From NCBI GenBank assembly GCA_964016885.1, contig OZ024740.1, positions 259,594,001 through 259,658,000 on the forward strand: 64,000 nucleotides of DNA. The letters run 5' to 3'. The translations under genes and the position numbers were made by a program. Source of the stretch: Eledone cirrhosa. Lineage: Eukaryota. This document shows positions 1 to 12,645 of the stretch, in pieces. The stretch's first letter is position 1. Every line of letters starts with the position of its first letter. Below the pieces are notes generated by a model. The model saw only the letters and a list, made by a program, of their open reading frames with translations. It did no database searches and was not told the origin of the DNA.

Positions 1-238
1 AGCTATGTAAAGATTCACTGCTACCTACAGGCCGCTGAGGTCTACAGACCATTACTCTCTCTCTCTCCTGGTCTCAGAATACACCAGCCTCATGATTTAG
101 AATCCTTGCTGATTCTAGTTTATTGCATACAATTATTCAGTACTGTAGAGTAGATACAGAACATTTAGTGCTTTTTTTTTTTTTTTTAGAATAAAATTTT
201 GATTTATTTTAAAAAGATATATCCCAGTAACATTTTTC

Positions 239-1400
239 ATGTTTTCATTCACCCACATGATGGCAAAAGAGTCAATTAGCTCATTTCCCTCTCTACTTTC
301 CCAATCTTTTGTAACAAGAAGCTTTGAAGAGAAGAATATAATTATTCCCGGAAGAGAGAAACTGAAGCTTGAACTGAAAACCAAAGTGGGCCGCAAGGAA
401 TGTTATCATTATTTTCATTTCAAATATTAAGAACAGTATGAGTGAATGACGGGGTGTCCTGTTCTGAATAAATTGTTCTGTTTTCCATGTCTGTTATTTT
501 GTCAACTTAAGAATACATGGGCAACTAACAGCTATTGAGATTTGAACATTTTGATTACAGCTTTGACAGGACACAAAAAATCTCGGAACCATCTCATGTA
601 ATTGTTCTGAAAACCTTTGGCCATCAATGAATTGATACAGAGATCGATCACTGGAAAGCAGCTTCAATTCAGTTGCATTAAAGATGAGTAAAAAAAAATC
701 ATGATAAATTGAAACTTTGGCCTGTCAAGAATTATCATTTCGAGGATACAATAAAACAGAGGGGTTGAAAACTTTAAGAACAAGTTTGAGGAATTTTACT
801 GTCAGGTTCTGTATTGTGTCACTGAACCACCAGAGAAGTGTGGTCGATATCAAGAACCAGAAGCTGTTTTAAGAACTTTGTTTAACAACATTTTGGGTGA
901 AGTTATTGTTCACGTTGAGCAAAGATTTAAAACAATGGGAGAGTTCAGATTTGTTGAATCTGAAGCTTTTTCACACACACGAAAACAAATTTCTGATGGA
1001 AGCGTTTTTATCTTTGGATGTCTATATAAACATATTAGATTTGGATGGATTGAAATCCGTTTATGCTGCAGATTTTGCAAAGTAAGCATCAAGCCTTCAG
1101 GAAGTTGCAGACATAATGTGGGAACTTGAACTAAATCAAGCTCTGGCAGAAGCTAATAAATTACTACATTTGATTCTAACCATACCTGCCATATCTGCTT
1201 CCAGTGAGAGATCGTTTTCTATATTAAAGGTAGTAAATAATTATATGAGGTGTTCTCAAAGTGAAGAGAGATTGAGCAATTTGGTTTTATTTCCATGAAT
1301 AAAGACCTTTTAGGTAGAGCATGGTGCTGATACATTTTATAGCAAAGTGATCGATGAATTAGCCAAAAATAAACAAAGTGAACTGATTTACAAATGAATT
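239..1400 (+). pseudogene. Decayed hAT-superfamily transposase (ZMYM1-like: TTF-type Zn finger + hAT C-terminal dimerisation domain)
   Basis: GCPVLNKLFCFPCL is readable at ~451-493. ORF 1116-1298 contains LTIPAISASSERSFSILK..RCSQSEERLSNL, the typical hATC motif. Many stops and frameshifts. Confidence 0.8.
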
Positions 1401-1707
1401 TTTAAATATTTCCTTATTTGTAGGTTTTATTACTTACTCAGCTTTCTGTCATAACTGATAAGGGTCATCATGGCGAGCCTGTCACCAGAGTGTTATTAAT
1501 GGGGGTGGGATACTCAAGTCTAGTGGAGAGGGAAATCAAGCCCAAAGCGTTGACTGTTGGTGGAAGTGCATCTCACATTAAAATTAGCTCATATCCCATT
1601 CACAAATGGAGTGGTGGGTGAAGCGCTGAATAATTTTGCTAGGGGAGGGAAAAGCTGGTGATTGGCCTGCATACCCTGCTTTCCAAGTCACCCTTTGCCA
1701 CTAGTAT

Positions 1708-2054
1708 ATATCATCATTATCATCATCATTTCATTTTACGTCCACTTTTTCCCTGCTTGCAAGGGTGGGACGGGAACTGATTCTGGCTTGATTTCTACAG
1801 CTGGATGCCCTTCCTAACACCAACCTCATTTACAGTGAGTGCTGGGTGCTTTTTTGCATGGCACCTCCACGACCACTTTGCAGTGGAATGATAGGGACCC
1901 CAGTCCCTATCATCTCATTTCTACAGCTGAGTAAACTGGAGCAATGTGAAATAAAGTGTCTTGCTCAAGGAAACAACACATCACCCAGTCTGAGAATTGA
2001 ACTCACAACCTTTCGATTGCAAGGCCAATGCTCTAACCACTAAGCCATGTGCCT

Positions 2055-2056
<2 letters not shown>
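1708..2056 (-). mobile_element. tRNA-derived SINE with CORE-like body and RTE-type 3' tail
   Basis: The minus strand has A-box TGGCTTAGTGG, B-box GAGTTCAATTC, TCCTTGAGCAAGACACTT, and ends CCCGTCCCACCCTTGCAAGCAGGG..GACGTAAAATGA..(ATG)n, matching the RTE end at 50776-50832. Confidence 0.8.
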
Positions 2057-2121
<65 letters not shown>

Positions 2122-2144
2122 CACACACACACATATATATATAT

Positions 2145-2320
2145 GTAAATGTGGTTGGTGTTAGGAAGGGCATCCAGCAAAATACCCAGCCAAATTTAGT
2201 CTTCACCGGAGCAAGGTGCAACACATGGCCAACCCTGGCCAGACTTGCTTCCCGGCATAGACGGCCCATGTAACTCATGCAAGCATGGAAAAATTGATGA
2301 TAACGGAAATGATGATGATA
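2145..2320 (+). mobile_element. SINE/RTE 3' fragment
   Basis: TGTAAATGTGGTTGGTGTTAGGAAGGGCATCCAGC is also present in the RTE 3' UTRs (~34706-34742 minus, ~58468 plus). Ends in GATGATGAT. Confidence 0.65.
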
Positions 2321-2646
2321 TACATATATATATATATAAGTATTCTGAAGTATTCCAAACCTAAGTTGTTGTATCTGTTGAAGCAGCCCTTTGAAAATTC
2401 CTCGGAGCTCCCAAATCCTGTAATTTTTAATTTTTAATTTGTAATTTTCCTCAAATCATTTATATATATTTTTAAAGGTTCTCTAAAATTTTAATTCTTT
2501 GAAGGGTCTTTCGGAAGAGGTTTTTATTAAAAATATTAAAGGGGCCTTTTCTGAGGGATTTTATGAAGGCTTTTTGAATTAACCTTTAATTGATTAATTT
2601 CTTTCAACTATTTATTTCTTAATTTTTAAAATTAAATTTAATGTTC

Positions 2647-3130
2647 AACCTCTTAATCTTTAATTTTTAATCTTGGATAGATAAGATTGCTTAATCTTAA
2701 ATTCATTAAATTTTTTAATTTCTGGGTTTGGAACTCTTAAAATTCAAATCCTAACTTAAATCTTAATCTTTATATTATGGATTCCCTAAATCATTAACTT
2801 TATTAACCTCTTAATCTTTAATTTTTAATCTTGGATAGATAAGATTGCTTAATCTTAAATTCATTAAATGTTTTAATTTCTGGGTTTGGAACTCTTAAAA
2901 TTCAAATCCTAACTTAAATCTTAATCTTTATATTATGGATTCCCTAAATCATTAACTTTATTAACCTCTTAATCTTTAATTTTTAATCTTGGATATATAA
3001 GATTGCTTAATCTTAAATTCATTAAATTTTTTTAATTTCTGGGTTTGGAACTCTTAAAATTCAAATCCTAACTTAAATCTTAATCTTTATATTATGGATT
3101 CCCTAAATCATTAACTTTATTAACCTCTTA
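2647..3130. repeat. 158-bp AT-rich tandem repeat, 3 units
   Basis: AACCTCTTAA recurs at 2647, 2805, 2963 and 3122. Only 2 units in copy 2 (8657, 8815, 8974). Confidence 0.9.
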
Positions 3131-3669
3131 AATCTTATTGAAAGTTCTTTTCCCTAATTTTTTATTTTTTATTTTTTATTTTTGAGTTTAGAAATTTCGT
3201 AGGGATTATTAAATCTTCGTAAATTTTCTAAAATTTTTAAGGGGATCTCTTAGAAAAATTTTTTTTCTCTTTTGAAGGAATTTTTTAGGAAACTTTTAAT
3301 TTTTATTTTTTTTTTTTTTTTATTCTCTTAATCTCTTCTGGTTTGTTAGGTTTATTGGGGCTTATAAGCTTTATGCGCTTATTGAGGGATTTTTTAAGGT
3401 GCTTTTACGAGATCCCAAGTCTTTTACTTTTAATGCGTAACTTATAAATTCTTTAATTTTTAACCTTCAATCCCTAACTCTTAGGCCCTTTTCAAATTCT
3501 CTTAACTCCCTATAACCCATCCCTTTTACAACTCCTACAACTAATATAAAAGAGCCCCCTTAGAATATAGACCCCAAATATACAAGCTGAGCTGTTGATG
3601 TATACCACAATTTCAAACTGCTAATCTTGAGTGAAACGTTGATGTAAATAATGAACTTACAATCACCTG

Positions 3670-3726
3670 TTATATGCCTTGAAAAGTCCCACCATATGGT
3701 CGGACGAAACGGCTGTCGGCAATAAA
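3670..3726 (+). ncRNA. Minimal type I hammerhead ribozyme, U3:A8 core variant
   Basis: TGCC-TTGAAAA-GTCC-caccatatggtc-GGAC-GAAAC-ggct-GTC-GGCA-ATAAA: stems I, II and a short III are present, with a GUC cleavage triplet. Confidence 0.8.
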
Positions 3727-3931
3727 CTTGTTATAATGTCATAATAGTTCCTTTGTTCTTTTTCATTAATACTTCTGCTCTGCTTATACGCATAGAGCTT
3801 AACTAGCTACCGTCGCATATTTGGTAGGTCAGGCGTGATCATCGGGATTTGCGTACGACCTACCATACATCTTGCTTATTTAGCTCCCTCCGGTAGAGCT
3901 TAACCTTCACTGAAAGACACACCGCCCAGGG

Positions 3932-6551
3932 GTGGCTTTTCACTACACCGACAGTATGCTGAAAAAGGACCATCTTCCGTTATCACTTAAGAATATACCC
4001 ATACCACCAAGGGGTACTTATGAAAAGCAGCTTATAGCCAGCGTTAATTCGTTTGTAAGGAGAATAAGATGGCGCACATTCCACTTCGATAGACGCCGTA
4101 GCGCCCCACTAGAGAGTCCATCGAATAATAAGTATGGATTTAGGACATTTAGGAGCCCCCTCCCCCTAACCCTCTACTCGATAAATTTGAGAGTGACCTA
4201 TTGTCTCTCGTCCGGTCTATTAGGTATAAAAAGAAAAACGGTAAGCGTAGCGGCTTCCAACCTAAGTTAGAATCACTAGTTAAATCTTTTTAGGACAGAA
4301 ATTGTATACTCGTACCCTCGGACAAGACTAAGAATATGTACAACCTGAGTTATGAAGGATACCGCGGATTCATATACAATGAACTACATAAAAACTATAA
4401 AAAAACCACTGTAGCCAACCTAAATGAGATTAACAGGGAGGCTAAAGTGATAGTAACGAAGCTAGGATTAAAAAAAATGCACACAACCTTACACCCCCCG
4501 CCAACCAAGGTTCACATTGAAAGATCATAAGGAGGACTTTGCAAGTAGCCCCTCTGTCAGACTCATTAGCCCCTCTAAATCTGACATAGGGATTATAAGT
4601 AAAAAAAATACTGGATGAAGTCATACCGAAAGTTAAGGATAGGATTAACCTGGACCTATGGGGAAACACTGCAGAAGTGATAAAGTGGTTCTCAAGCATT
4701 AGCAACCACAAATCACTACGCTTCATCCAGTTCGATATAGACTCCTACTATACCTCTATATCCCCCATAATACTGAATAAGGCGCTCATAATGGCAATGC
4801 GGACGGGCGGAATCACTAGATCTCAGATTGACATAGTTCTTGCCACTCGTAAAACAATTATCACATTTGAGGATGAATTGTGGACGCGCAAGAACACACG
4901 TAATAACTTCGACATCACTATGGAGTCTAGTGACTCGGCACAGGTGACAGACCTCGTCGGATTGTACCTGCTCAAGGAGCTCAACGAGCAGTTCCCACAC
5001 CTCAGAGGTGGGCTATACCATGACGACGCATTGCTTACTGTGGAGTTTAAACGACACAACCTAGAAAGAACTAGAAAGGACCTATATAAATTCTTCAAGA
5101 ACTTTAACCTATCAATAACTATGGATAGAAATAGTAAGGTAGTCAACTTTCTAGATGCCACACTAGACCTAGATAAGTTAGAATATACACCGTGCCATAA
5201 ACCTAACGAGAGGCTGACATACGTCAATGCCAACTCCAACCACCCAGGCTCAGTCCTCAAAGCAATAGTTAAGGGAGTATCTCGTAGGATTAGCGGACTA
5301 TCTAACAACGTGACTGCATTTGATGCAAATGCGGAGTATTACAATAAGGCGCTAGCTAGGTCAGGGCACAAGGATAAACTTCATTATATTGAGACAAATG
5401 GCACCACCCCACCACCCCAACCCAGCACTATAATCACGCATAATATGTCCATGGGGGATGGAGGGAGGTCTAGAAAGACGAATAGGGACAATAGGAATTT
5501 AGCTAAGAACAACAACACTCGCAATGCAGACACGGATAGGGCCCGCGCGGCTGGAAAGCGTTACGCAACCCCAAGAAAGTCCAACAGTGAAAACGGAGGC
5601 CTGAGGTCTAGGAGATTCGAGACCAATACACATACCACCGGGAGCACAGGAAGCACACCTGGTAGAACCCGTAATAATCTAGATGAAGGGAGGGTAAGCA
5701 GCATAGGGGATAAGAAACGCAGTGGAAGGAATAGAAGACGTGATAGTACCTTCTTTAACCCGCCTTTCAACTCTAATATTATTACAGACCTCCCCAAATC
5801 TTTTTTCTCTTTAATAGATAGAAACTTGCCCCCAGGTAGTAGGTACGGTAGTGTCATCAATAAGAATACTATCAAACTATCGTACTCAGCAACCCCTAAT
5901 CTGGCCTCACACATAGCTAAGACCAATAAGAGTAAGATTAAAGAGGGACTTAAGGCCATCCGAAATAGTGAACCACGCCAGTACACACGACAACATGGGA
6001 CCGACCCACTGAGTGAAAGACCCAGGGGGATAACAGGCAATAGTCCCGGTCCCACTAGGCAGCCCCGCGGCCGCTTGGAGGGACATGCACCCCTAATTGA
6101 TGAGCATGACCCTATTAGAAAGTGTAATTGCCGACGGAAGGACAAATGCCCACTAGCTGGACACTACCTTATTAAGAACGTAGTATATGCTTGTAACGTA
6201 ACCACAGACACGTATACTAAGACGTATGTGGGGTCAACTGCTAACCAGTTCAAGACGAGATTCAACGCCCACCAGCATAGCTTCCGAAATGAGAAGCTTA
6301 AAAATACCACGTCGTTAGCGGGACACATACATAACTTAAAACAGGCAAAACCTCCCTACACACTAAGCTGGAGATGCCTTACTAAAGCTCCTCCATATAG
6401 CTCGTTGAGCAGGTTTTGTAGCTTGTGCCTAACTGAATCTCATGCCATAGTATTCTCAGGACTTAACTTGCTCAACAGGAGGTCAGAAATCTTCTCGTCC
6501 TGCCCCCATACTATACTTAGCTCTTTCTTTTTCTTCAGACCAGACACCTAA
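3932..6551 (+). pseudogene. PLE polyprotein: reverse transcriptase + C-terminal GIY-YIG endonuclease (5' part frameshifted; 4677-6551 open)
   Basis: FIQFDIDSYYTSI, FDITMESSDSAQVTDLVGLYLL, GLYHDD, VNFLDATLDL, YVNANSNHP, FFNPPF, CNCRRKDKCPL, VVY..TYVG, CSLCLTE..LNRRSE..CPH. Confidence 0.9.
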
Positions 6552-7912
6552 CCCTGACCCCACCATGTCTCGCACATGGCTGTCCCGCTGGCGAATAGGG
6601 TGCTCTTGAGTAACCCCGGCCCCATTGATGCCTCGGCTCCCCACTTGCCGATGGGGACTCTGGTGAGGAACAGTCGACCCTGAGTCCCGCTTGCCAACTT
6701 GGGATTGGTGGCAGCATTGTTGCTGGGCGCCCCGGGGGCAGCTGATGCCTGCGGGGTGGGATATTGCGAGTGCCTGAACCCACGTTGACTGGTCTGAGGA
6801 GGTACCGTCGGGGATACATATCAACAAATTCGGGAATTTGCCCAAGGGAACAGTAGCGGAGCACCCAATGTGGCGGCCGTTCCCTGCCTATAACCAATCA
6901 ACCCCCCCTCCCTACCCTAGTAAACTCCCGCCCCAATAGATCCCGCTCCTCATTCTCTCCCATTCATTTCTTTTGAGTTAGTTCTTTATTAATAGTGATT
7001 TTTTTTGAGTTAGTTCTTTATTAATAAGGATTTTTTTGTATATTACCACGGTTGACATAATGGGTTTGGAGAGTTGACTCCCTTGATGTCTGACCACTAG
7101 ATAAGTTAGGGGTTGTGCCCCTTGAACAGGGGTGTGTCTTGCTGGTCTACCTGCTGTCTGCTACTACCCGAGACTGGACATGGTCGTAGCCACAGGCCTG
7201 CGCGTGCGCGATAGCATAGAGTATGTATTTTCTGCTAGTCACCCCGTGTAATATGATACCCCAAGATTCCATGCACGGGATTCACCGAAGCATGCGCAGA
7301 CTTAACCGGGAGATGACATGCGAATTTGAAAATACCACAAGTGAGACCCTTCGGATAGCGTAGACGCCGGTCCATACCCGCAAATATCTGCATATATACC
7401 GTGATCTATCTTGAATATGCATGACTGACGGTATATAGAAGCAACATGGATAACACGACCACCATCTAAGCTAGAACCGACCCCTACAACAAACAAAGAG
7501 GGGACAGCCCTTAGCATTTGACCAGTCGCGTGTGAACTTGGAATTGGTGAGAGGAGGGGATAATATCGAGAGATGCAATATACCACCCCTGTACACCAAT
7601 ATATCATATACAGCAAAACCTTGGATTTAGAACCGGCAGGCTGATCTATCTCAAACGCGTGCAATCCCACGCATGGATTAATAACTGGCACGACCGAAAC
7701 TACATGGAAAAGATCGAACGGACCACACCCAGCAACCACTAGCTATTTGATCCACAGGTACATTTCCCAGAGAGTCCGCACAGCTGATAGTGAATCCCAG
7801 TTGATTCGTGAACTCTGAACTTTTCAACAAGACCAACTGTGCCTGGAGCTATGCAGATGACTACATGCGCACAATGGATATTGCACCCACAAGGTCACCT
7901 GTATTGTTCATC

Positions 7913-8178
7913 TTGCTGTATGTGTGTAAAGTATCCGTGTGTGGGATATCCCTGAGTAAATTTGCTTGACTGTTAATTGTTTATTGATTGTTTGTTAATT
8001 AGGCAGGAATATATTATTATTAATATTATTATGTCTTTTTTAATCCTATATATTGCTGTATGTGTGTAAAGTATCCGTGCGTGGGGTATCCCTGAGTAAA
8101 TTTGCTTGACTGTTAATTGCTTATTGATTGTTTGTTAATTAGGCAGGAATATATTATTATGTCTTTGTTAATCCTATA
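7913..8178. repeat. ~140-bp direct duplication in the PLE 3' region
   Basis: TTGCTGTATGTGTGTAAAGTATCCGTG...AATCCTATAT occurs twice in tandem. Confidence 0.85.
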
Positions 8179-9522
8179 TTAATAATTTTTTGATAATACA
8201 TTATTAGATTACTGAAGCTATTTTATACTTTCTTAGAAATACATTTTATAATTATTGTCTTTTTGCTTATATATTTTCTTACTTATCATTTTCTTTAATC
8301 TTGCCCAACTTGATAAGCTCTTTGAATTGCTCCTTAATTAGATTACTTAAATTACTTAAATTACTTTATTTATTATACCTAAGTTGTTGTATCTGTTGAA
8401 GCAGCCCTTTGAAAATTCCTCGGAGCTCCCAAATCCCGTAATTTTTAATTTTTAATTTTTAATTTGTAATTTTCCTCAAATCATTTATATATATTTTTAA
8501 AGGTTCTCTAAAATTTTAATTCGGAAGAGGTTTTTATTAAAAATATTAAAGGGGCCTTTTCTGAGGGATTTTATGAAGGCTTTTTGAATTAACCTTTAAT
8601 TGATTAATTTCTTTCAACTATTTATTTCTTAATTTTTAAAATTAAATTTAATGTTCAACCTCTTAATCTTTAATTTTTAATCTTGGATAGATAAGATTGC
8701 TTAATTTTAAATTCATTAAATTTTTTAATTTCTGGGTTTGGAACTCTTAAAATTCAAATCCTAACTTAAATCTTAATCTTTATATTATGGATTCCCTAAA
8801 TCATTAACTTTATTAACCTCTTAATCTTTAATTTTTAATCTTGGATATATAAGATTGCTTAATCTTAAATTCATTAAATTTTTTTAATTTCTGGGTTTGG
8901 AACTCTTAAAATTCAAATCCTAACTTAAATCTTAATCTTTATATTATGGATTCCCTAAATCATTAACTTTATTAACCTCTTAAATCTTATTGAAAGTTCT
9001 TTTCCCTAATTTTTAATTTTTAATTTTTAATTTTTGAGTTTAGAACTTTCGTAGGGATTATTAAATCTTCGTAAATTTTCTAAAATTTTTTAAGGGGATC
9101 TCTTAGAAAAATTTTTTTTTTCTTTTGAAGGAATTTTTTAGGAAACTTTTAATTTTTATTTTTTTATTTTTTTTTATTCTCTTAATCTCTTCTGGTTTGT
9201 TAGGTTTATTGGGGCTTATAAGCTTTATGCGCTTATTGAGGGATTTTTTAAGGTGCTTTTACGAGATCCCAAGTCTTTTACTTTTAATGCGTAACTTATA
9301 AATTCTTTAATTTTTAACCTTCAATCCCTAACTCTTAGGCCCTTTTCAAATTCTCTTAACTCCCTATAACCCATCCCTTTTACAACTCCTACAACTAATA
9401 TAAAAGAGCCCCCTTAGAATATAGACCCCAAATATACAAGCTGAGCTGTTGATGTATACCACGATTTCAAACTGCTAATCTTGAGTGAAACGTTGATGTA
9501 AATAATGAACTTACAATCACCT

Positions 9523-9579
9523 GTTATATGCCTTGAAAAGTCCCACCATATGGTCGGACGAAACGGCTGTCGGCAATAA
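9523..9579 (+). ncRNA. Minimal hammerhead ribozyme, U3:A8 variant (second copy)
   Basis: Same sequence as 3670-3726. Confidence 0.8.
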
Positions 9580-9785
9580 ACTTGTTATAATGTCATAATA
9601 GTTCCTTTGTTGTTTTTCATTAATATTTCTGCTCTGCTTATACGCATAGAGCTTAACTAGCTACCGTCGCATATTTGGTAGGTCAGGCGTGATCATCGGG
9701 ATTTACGTACGACCTACCATACATCTTGCTTATTTAGCTCCCTCCGGTAGAGCTTAACCTTCACTGAAAGACACACCGCCCAGGG

Positions 9786-12400
9786 GTGGCTTTTCACTAC
9801 ACCGACAGTATGCTGACAAAGGACCATCTTCCGTTATCATTTAAGAATATACCCATACCACCAAGGGGTACTTATGAAAAGCAGCTTATAGTCAGCGTTA
9901 ATTCGTTTGTAAGGAGAATAAGATGGCGCACATTCCACTTCGATAGACGCCGTAGCGCCCCACTAGAGAGTCCATCGAATAATAAGTATGGATTTAGGAC
10001 ATTTAGGAGCCCCCCCCCTAACCCTCTACTCGATAAATTTGAGAGTGACCTATTGTCTCTCGTCCAGTCTATTAGGTATAAAAAGAAAAACGGTAAGCGT
10101 AGCGGCTTCCAAACTAAGTTAGAATCACTAGTTGAATCTTTTAAGGACAAAAATTGTATACTCGTACCCTCGGACAAGACTAAGAATATGTACAACCTGA
10201 GTTATGAAGGATACCGCGGATTCATATACAATGAACTACATAAAAACTATAAAAAAACCACTGTAGCCAACCTAAATGAGATTAACAGGGAGGCTAAAGT
10301 GATAGTAACGAAGCTAGGATTAGAAAAATGCACACAACCTTACACCCCCCGCCAACCAAGGTTCACATTGAAAGATCATATGGAGGACTTTGCAAGTAGC
10401 CCCTCTGTCAGACTCATTAGCCCCTCTTAATATGACATAGGGATTATAAGTAAAAAAATACTGGATGAAGTCATACCGAAAGTTAAGGATAGGATTAGCC
10501 TGGACCTATGGGGAAACACTGCAGAAGTGATAAAGTGGTTCTCAAGCATTAGCAACCACAAATCACTACGCTTCATCCAGTTCGATATAGACTCCTACTA
10601 TACGTCTATATCCTCCATAATACTGAATAAGGCGCTCATAATGGCAATGCGGACGGGCGGAATCACTAGATCCCAGATTGACATAGTTCTTGCCGCTCGT
10701 AAAACAATTATCACATTTGAGGATGAATTGTGGACGCGCAAGAACACACGTAATAACTTCGACATCACTATGGAGTCTAGTGACTCGGCACAGGTGACAG
10801 ACCTCGTCGGATTGTACCTGCTCAAGGAGCTCAACGATCAGTTCCCACACCTCAGAGGTGGGCTATACCGTGACGACGCATTGCTTACTGTGGAGTTTAA
10901 ACGACACAACCTAGAAAGAACTAGAAAGGACCTATATAAATTCTTCAAGAACTTTAACCTATCAATAACTATGGATAGAAATAGTAAGGTAGTCAACTTT
11001 CTAGATGCCACACTAGACCTAGATAAGTTAGAATATACACCGTGCCATAAACCTAACGAGAGGCTGACATACGTCAATGCCAACTCCAACCACCCAGGCT
11101 CAGTCCTCAAAGCAATAGTTAAGGGAGTATCTCAAAGGATTAGCGGACTATCTAGCAACGTGACTGCATTTGAGGCAAATGCGGAGTATTACAATAAGGC
11201 GCTAGCTAGGTCAGGGCACAAAGATAAACTTCATTATATTGAGACAAACGGCACCACCCCACCACCCCAACCCAGCACTATAATCACGCATAATATGTCC
11301 ATGGGGGATGGAGGGAGGTCTAGAAAGACGAATAGGGACAATAGGAATTTAGCTAAGAACAACAACACTCGCAATGCAGACACGGATAGGGCCCGCGCGG
11401 CTGGAAAGCGTTACGCAACCCCAAGAAAGTCCAACAGTGAAAACGGGGGCCTGAGGTCTAGGAGATTCGAGACCAATACACATACCACCGGGAGCCCAGG
11501 AAGCACACCTGGTAGAACCCGTAATAATCTAGATGAAGGGAGGGTAAGCAGCGTAGGGGATAAGAAACGCAGTGGAAGGAATAGAAGACGTGATAGCACC
11601 TTCTTTAACCCGCCTTTCAACTCTAATATTATTACAGACCTCCCCAAATCTTTTTTCTCTTTAATAGATAGAAACTTGCCCCCAGGTAGTAGGTACGGTA
11701 GTGTCATCAATAAGAATACTATCAAACTATCGTACACGACAACCCCTAATCTGCCTCCCACCTAGCTAAGACCAATAAGAGTAAGATTAAAGAGGGACTT
11801 AAGGCCATCCGAAATAGTGAACCACGCCAGTACACACGACAACATGGGACCGACCCACTGAGTGAAAGACCCAGGGGGATAACAGGCAATAGACCCGGTC
11901 CCACTAGGCAGCCCCGCGACCGCTTGGAGGGACATGCACCCCTAATTGAGGAGCATGACCCTATTAGAAAGTGTAATTGCCGACGGAAGGACAAATGCCC
12001 ACTAGCTGGACACTACCTTATTAAGAACGTAGTATATGCTTGTAACGTAACCACAGACACGTATACTAAGACGTATGTGGGGTCAACCGCTAACCAGTTC
12101 AAGACGAGATTCAACGCCCACCAGCATAGCTTCCGAAATGAGAAGCTTAAAAATACCACGTCGTTAGCGGGACACATACATAACTTAAAACAAGCAAAAC
12201 CTCCCTACACACTAAGCTGGAGATGCCTTACTAAAGCTCCTCCATATAGCTCGTTGAGCAGGTTTTGTAGCTTGTGCCTAACTGAATCTCATGCCATAGT
12301 ATTCTCAGGACTTAACTTGCTCAACAGGAGGTCAGAAATCTTCTCGTCCTGCCCCCATACTATACTTAGCTCTTTCTTTTTCTTCAGATCAGACACCTAA
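9786..12400 (+). pseudogene. PLE RT + GIY-YIG polyprotein, copy 2 (one stop at ~10428, one frameshift at ~11760)
   Basis: ORFs 9786-10430, 10527-11765 and 11924-12400 are collinear with copy 1. The catalytic motif reads GLYRDD. Confidence 0.9.
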
Positions 12401-12645
12401 CCCTGACTCCACCATGTCTCGCACATGGCTGCCCCGCTGGCGAATAGGGTGCTCTTGAGTAACCCCGGCCCCATTGATGCCTCGGCTCCCCACTTGCCGA
12501 TGGGGACTCTGGTGAGGAACAGTCGACCCTGAGTCCCGCTTGCCAACTTGGGATTGGTGGCAGCATTGTTGCTGGGCGCCCCGGGGGCAGCTGATGCATG
12601 CGGGGTGGGATATTGCGAGTGCCTGAACCCACGTTGACTGGTCTG

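Larger units (their letters stand above)
2360..8376 (+). mobile_element. Penelope-like element (Naiad-like), tandem unit 1 (~6.0 kb)
   Basis: The sequence starting CCTAAGTTGTTGTATCTG at ~2360 recurs at ~8378. The unit contains an AT-rich pseudo-LTR, a hammerhead, an RT/GIY-YIG ORF and a long 3' region. Confidence 0.9.
8377..12645 (+). mobile_element. Penelope-like element tandem unit 2 (3'-truncated at an RTE junction)
   Basis: Near-identical to unit 1 up to GACTGGTCTGA (~12646), then switches to RTE sequence. Confidence 0.9.

Noticed and set aside
1985-2056. tRNA gene
   Set aside because: The A/B boxes belong to a SINE head; no full cloverleaf.
2647-3130. CRISPR-like array
   Set aside because: Plain tandem repeat with no unique spacers, in a eukaryotic context.
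3932-7000. Selenoprotein-type Naiad (in-frame UGA + SECIS)
   Set aside because: No TGA at conserved Cys positions, the ORF ends in TAA, and no SECIS-like core was recognised downstream.
7302-7739. 145-aa antisense ORF in the PLE 3' region
   Set aside because: No recognisable motif, non-ATG start, and no second copy to test conservation.
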